Shown piece by piece: positions 36,572-37,600 of a stretch of DNA of 37,600 nucleotides (position 1 is the stretch's first letter; every line of letters starts with the position of its first letter). The stretch comes from Pseudomonadota bacterium (lineage in GTDB: Bacteria > Desulfobacterota > Desulfobacteria > Desulfobacterales > JBDRRP01): the NCBI GenBank assembly GCA_043825735.1, contig JBDRRP010000101.1:1-37600 (forward strand), written 5' to 3'. A program made the translations under genes and the position numbers. A model generated the notes under the pieces. It was given only the letters and a program-made list of their open reading frames with translations, ran no database searches and was not told where the DNA came from.

Positions 36572-37399
36572 ATGGACCAACAACTCTTTCACATTTTCCG
36601 GAACACGCCGCTCGGACGCGAAACACTGCTGCAATCGCTTTACTTCTGCAACCGGCTGAGCATATCGCCGCTGTTGTATATCCCCGAGCACACCAAGTTC
36701 CTCATGTATTTCGACAATGATGTGGTCCAGGTGGATCTGGACCAGTCCTATCTCAGCGCTCCGGAGACCGCCCGCGCCCACGCAACAGAGCTGATCACCG
36801 CCGCCGGTTTCACGCCGCGATTCATGACACCCAAACACTTTACGGCATCCACACTCCCGGACATCAAAACAGACTTCGATTTCATGTGCTGCCCGCGAAG
36901 CATCAGTGATCTGTCATCAAAAATCGGACTGGGCTATATCGGGCCTCGGGTGCGGCGCATCGTTCAGTCTGCGCGGTTTCCGGTGCTTATGTCCAGCCCG
37001 GTGTTCAAGCCGTGGGAAAGCATCGCCGTCTTTTATGGGGGCTCTATCAATGCCACCAAGGCGCTGCGGCTGGGGCTGGCGATCAGTCGGGTGTCGGGCT
37101 TGCCGCTGGATGTGTTCACTCAGGTGGAAAAGCCCACAGCAGATGCCTACCGAGAGGATATCGCAGCGGCGGGGCTCACCGATGAATTATCCCATCAGGT
37201 GCGCCACTGGCAGCTTATGGATTCGGGCGAATTCGAAGACAATCTCTACAGCGTCCCGCATGACGCACTGGTGGTGCTGGGCGCCTTCGGGCACGGCGTC
37301 ATCCGCGATATCATGTTCGGCAGCAAAATGGAGCAGATCCAGTCCACCATATCCAACAACCTGCTCATCGTCGGTCCCCATTACCGGGCCGTGCTTTAG
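36572..37399 (+). CDS. Universal stress protein (tandem USP)
   Basis: IVQSARFPVL, LVVLGAFGHG..FGS. Confidence 0.85.
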   Translation: MDQQLFHIFRNTPLGRETLLQSLYFCNRLSISPLLYIPEHTKFLMYFDNDVVQVDLDQSYLSAPETARAHATELITAAGFTPRFMTPKHFTASTLPDIKTDFDFMCCPRSISDLSSKIGLGYIGPRVRRIVQSARFPVLMSSPVFKPWESIAVFYGGSINATKALRLGLAISRVSGLPLDVFTQVEKPTADAYREDIAAAGLTDELSHQVRHWQLMDSGEFEDNLYSVPHDALVVLGAFGHGVIRDIMFGSKMEQIQSTISNNLLIVGPHYRAVL

Positions 37400-37461
37400 A
37401 TGATGCGGCGGAAATAACCCACGAATCTGATAATGCCGCGGTGATTTTGATTACCACGAAG

Positions 37462-37600
37462 TGCGGTGGACCCCGAAATTCGGACAATGTGCTAAGCTAA
37501 GAGTCAGACCACTTCAACCAAGGAGGATCTGACAATGGGGAAGAGACGAAAAACGCACAGTGCCGAGTTCAAAGCCAAGGTAGCCTTGGCGGCAATCCAG
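37462..37600 (+). mobile_element. IS3-family insertion sequence, left end (runs off the window)
   Basis: 5'-TG..GGACCCCGAAATTCGGACA IRL, AGGAGG RBS and the start of OrfA. Confidence 0.82.
37535..37600 (+). CDS. IS3-family transposase OrfA, N-terminus (partial)
   Basis: Reads MGKRRKTHSAEFKAKVALAAIQ. Confidence 0.85.
   Translation, partial: MGKRRKTHSAEFKAKVALAAIQ

Overview
GC-rich bacterial chromosomal segment, by gene content and protein style most like Desulfobacterota/Desulfobacterales (inference). It is mostly housekeeping. It holds a class-III aminotransferase plus a kinase-like protein, Mrp/ApbC, DUF134, PilZ and LarE genes, a Lys/Ala-repeat membrane protein, a 5-gene peptide ABC transporter with an M24 peptidase, rplM-rpsI, and CYTH and EEP hydrolases. 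A long minus-strand run reads tolQ-tolR-tolA-tolB-pal-cpoB-ruvCAB and continues into a Csd6/Pgp2-like L,D-peptidase, a single-pass membrane protein, a Csd4/Pgp1-like carboxypeptidase and a bactofilin. The right end has an HD hydrolase, an MscS remnant, an HTH-EIIA/ClC-CBS/USP operon and the left end of an IS3 element. Two things stand out. (1) A compact four-gene candidate cell-shape operon gathers homologues of Helicobacter/Campylobacter helical-shape genes. (2) Most of the larger intergenic gaps carry structured repeats: a ~145-bp TAG-anchored hairpin element with compensatory base changes (4 copies), inverted 8/9-bp-period triads that are often nested, heptamer arrays just after stop codons, a 37x9-bp tandem array, and a bidirectional array of GTCA linkers alternating with variable mini-hairpins. 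All assignments come from reading motifs by eye. No database search was run.
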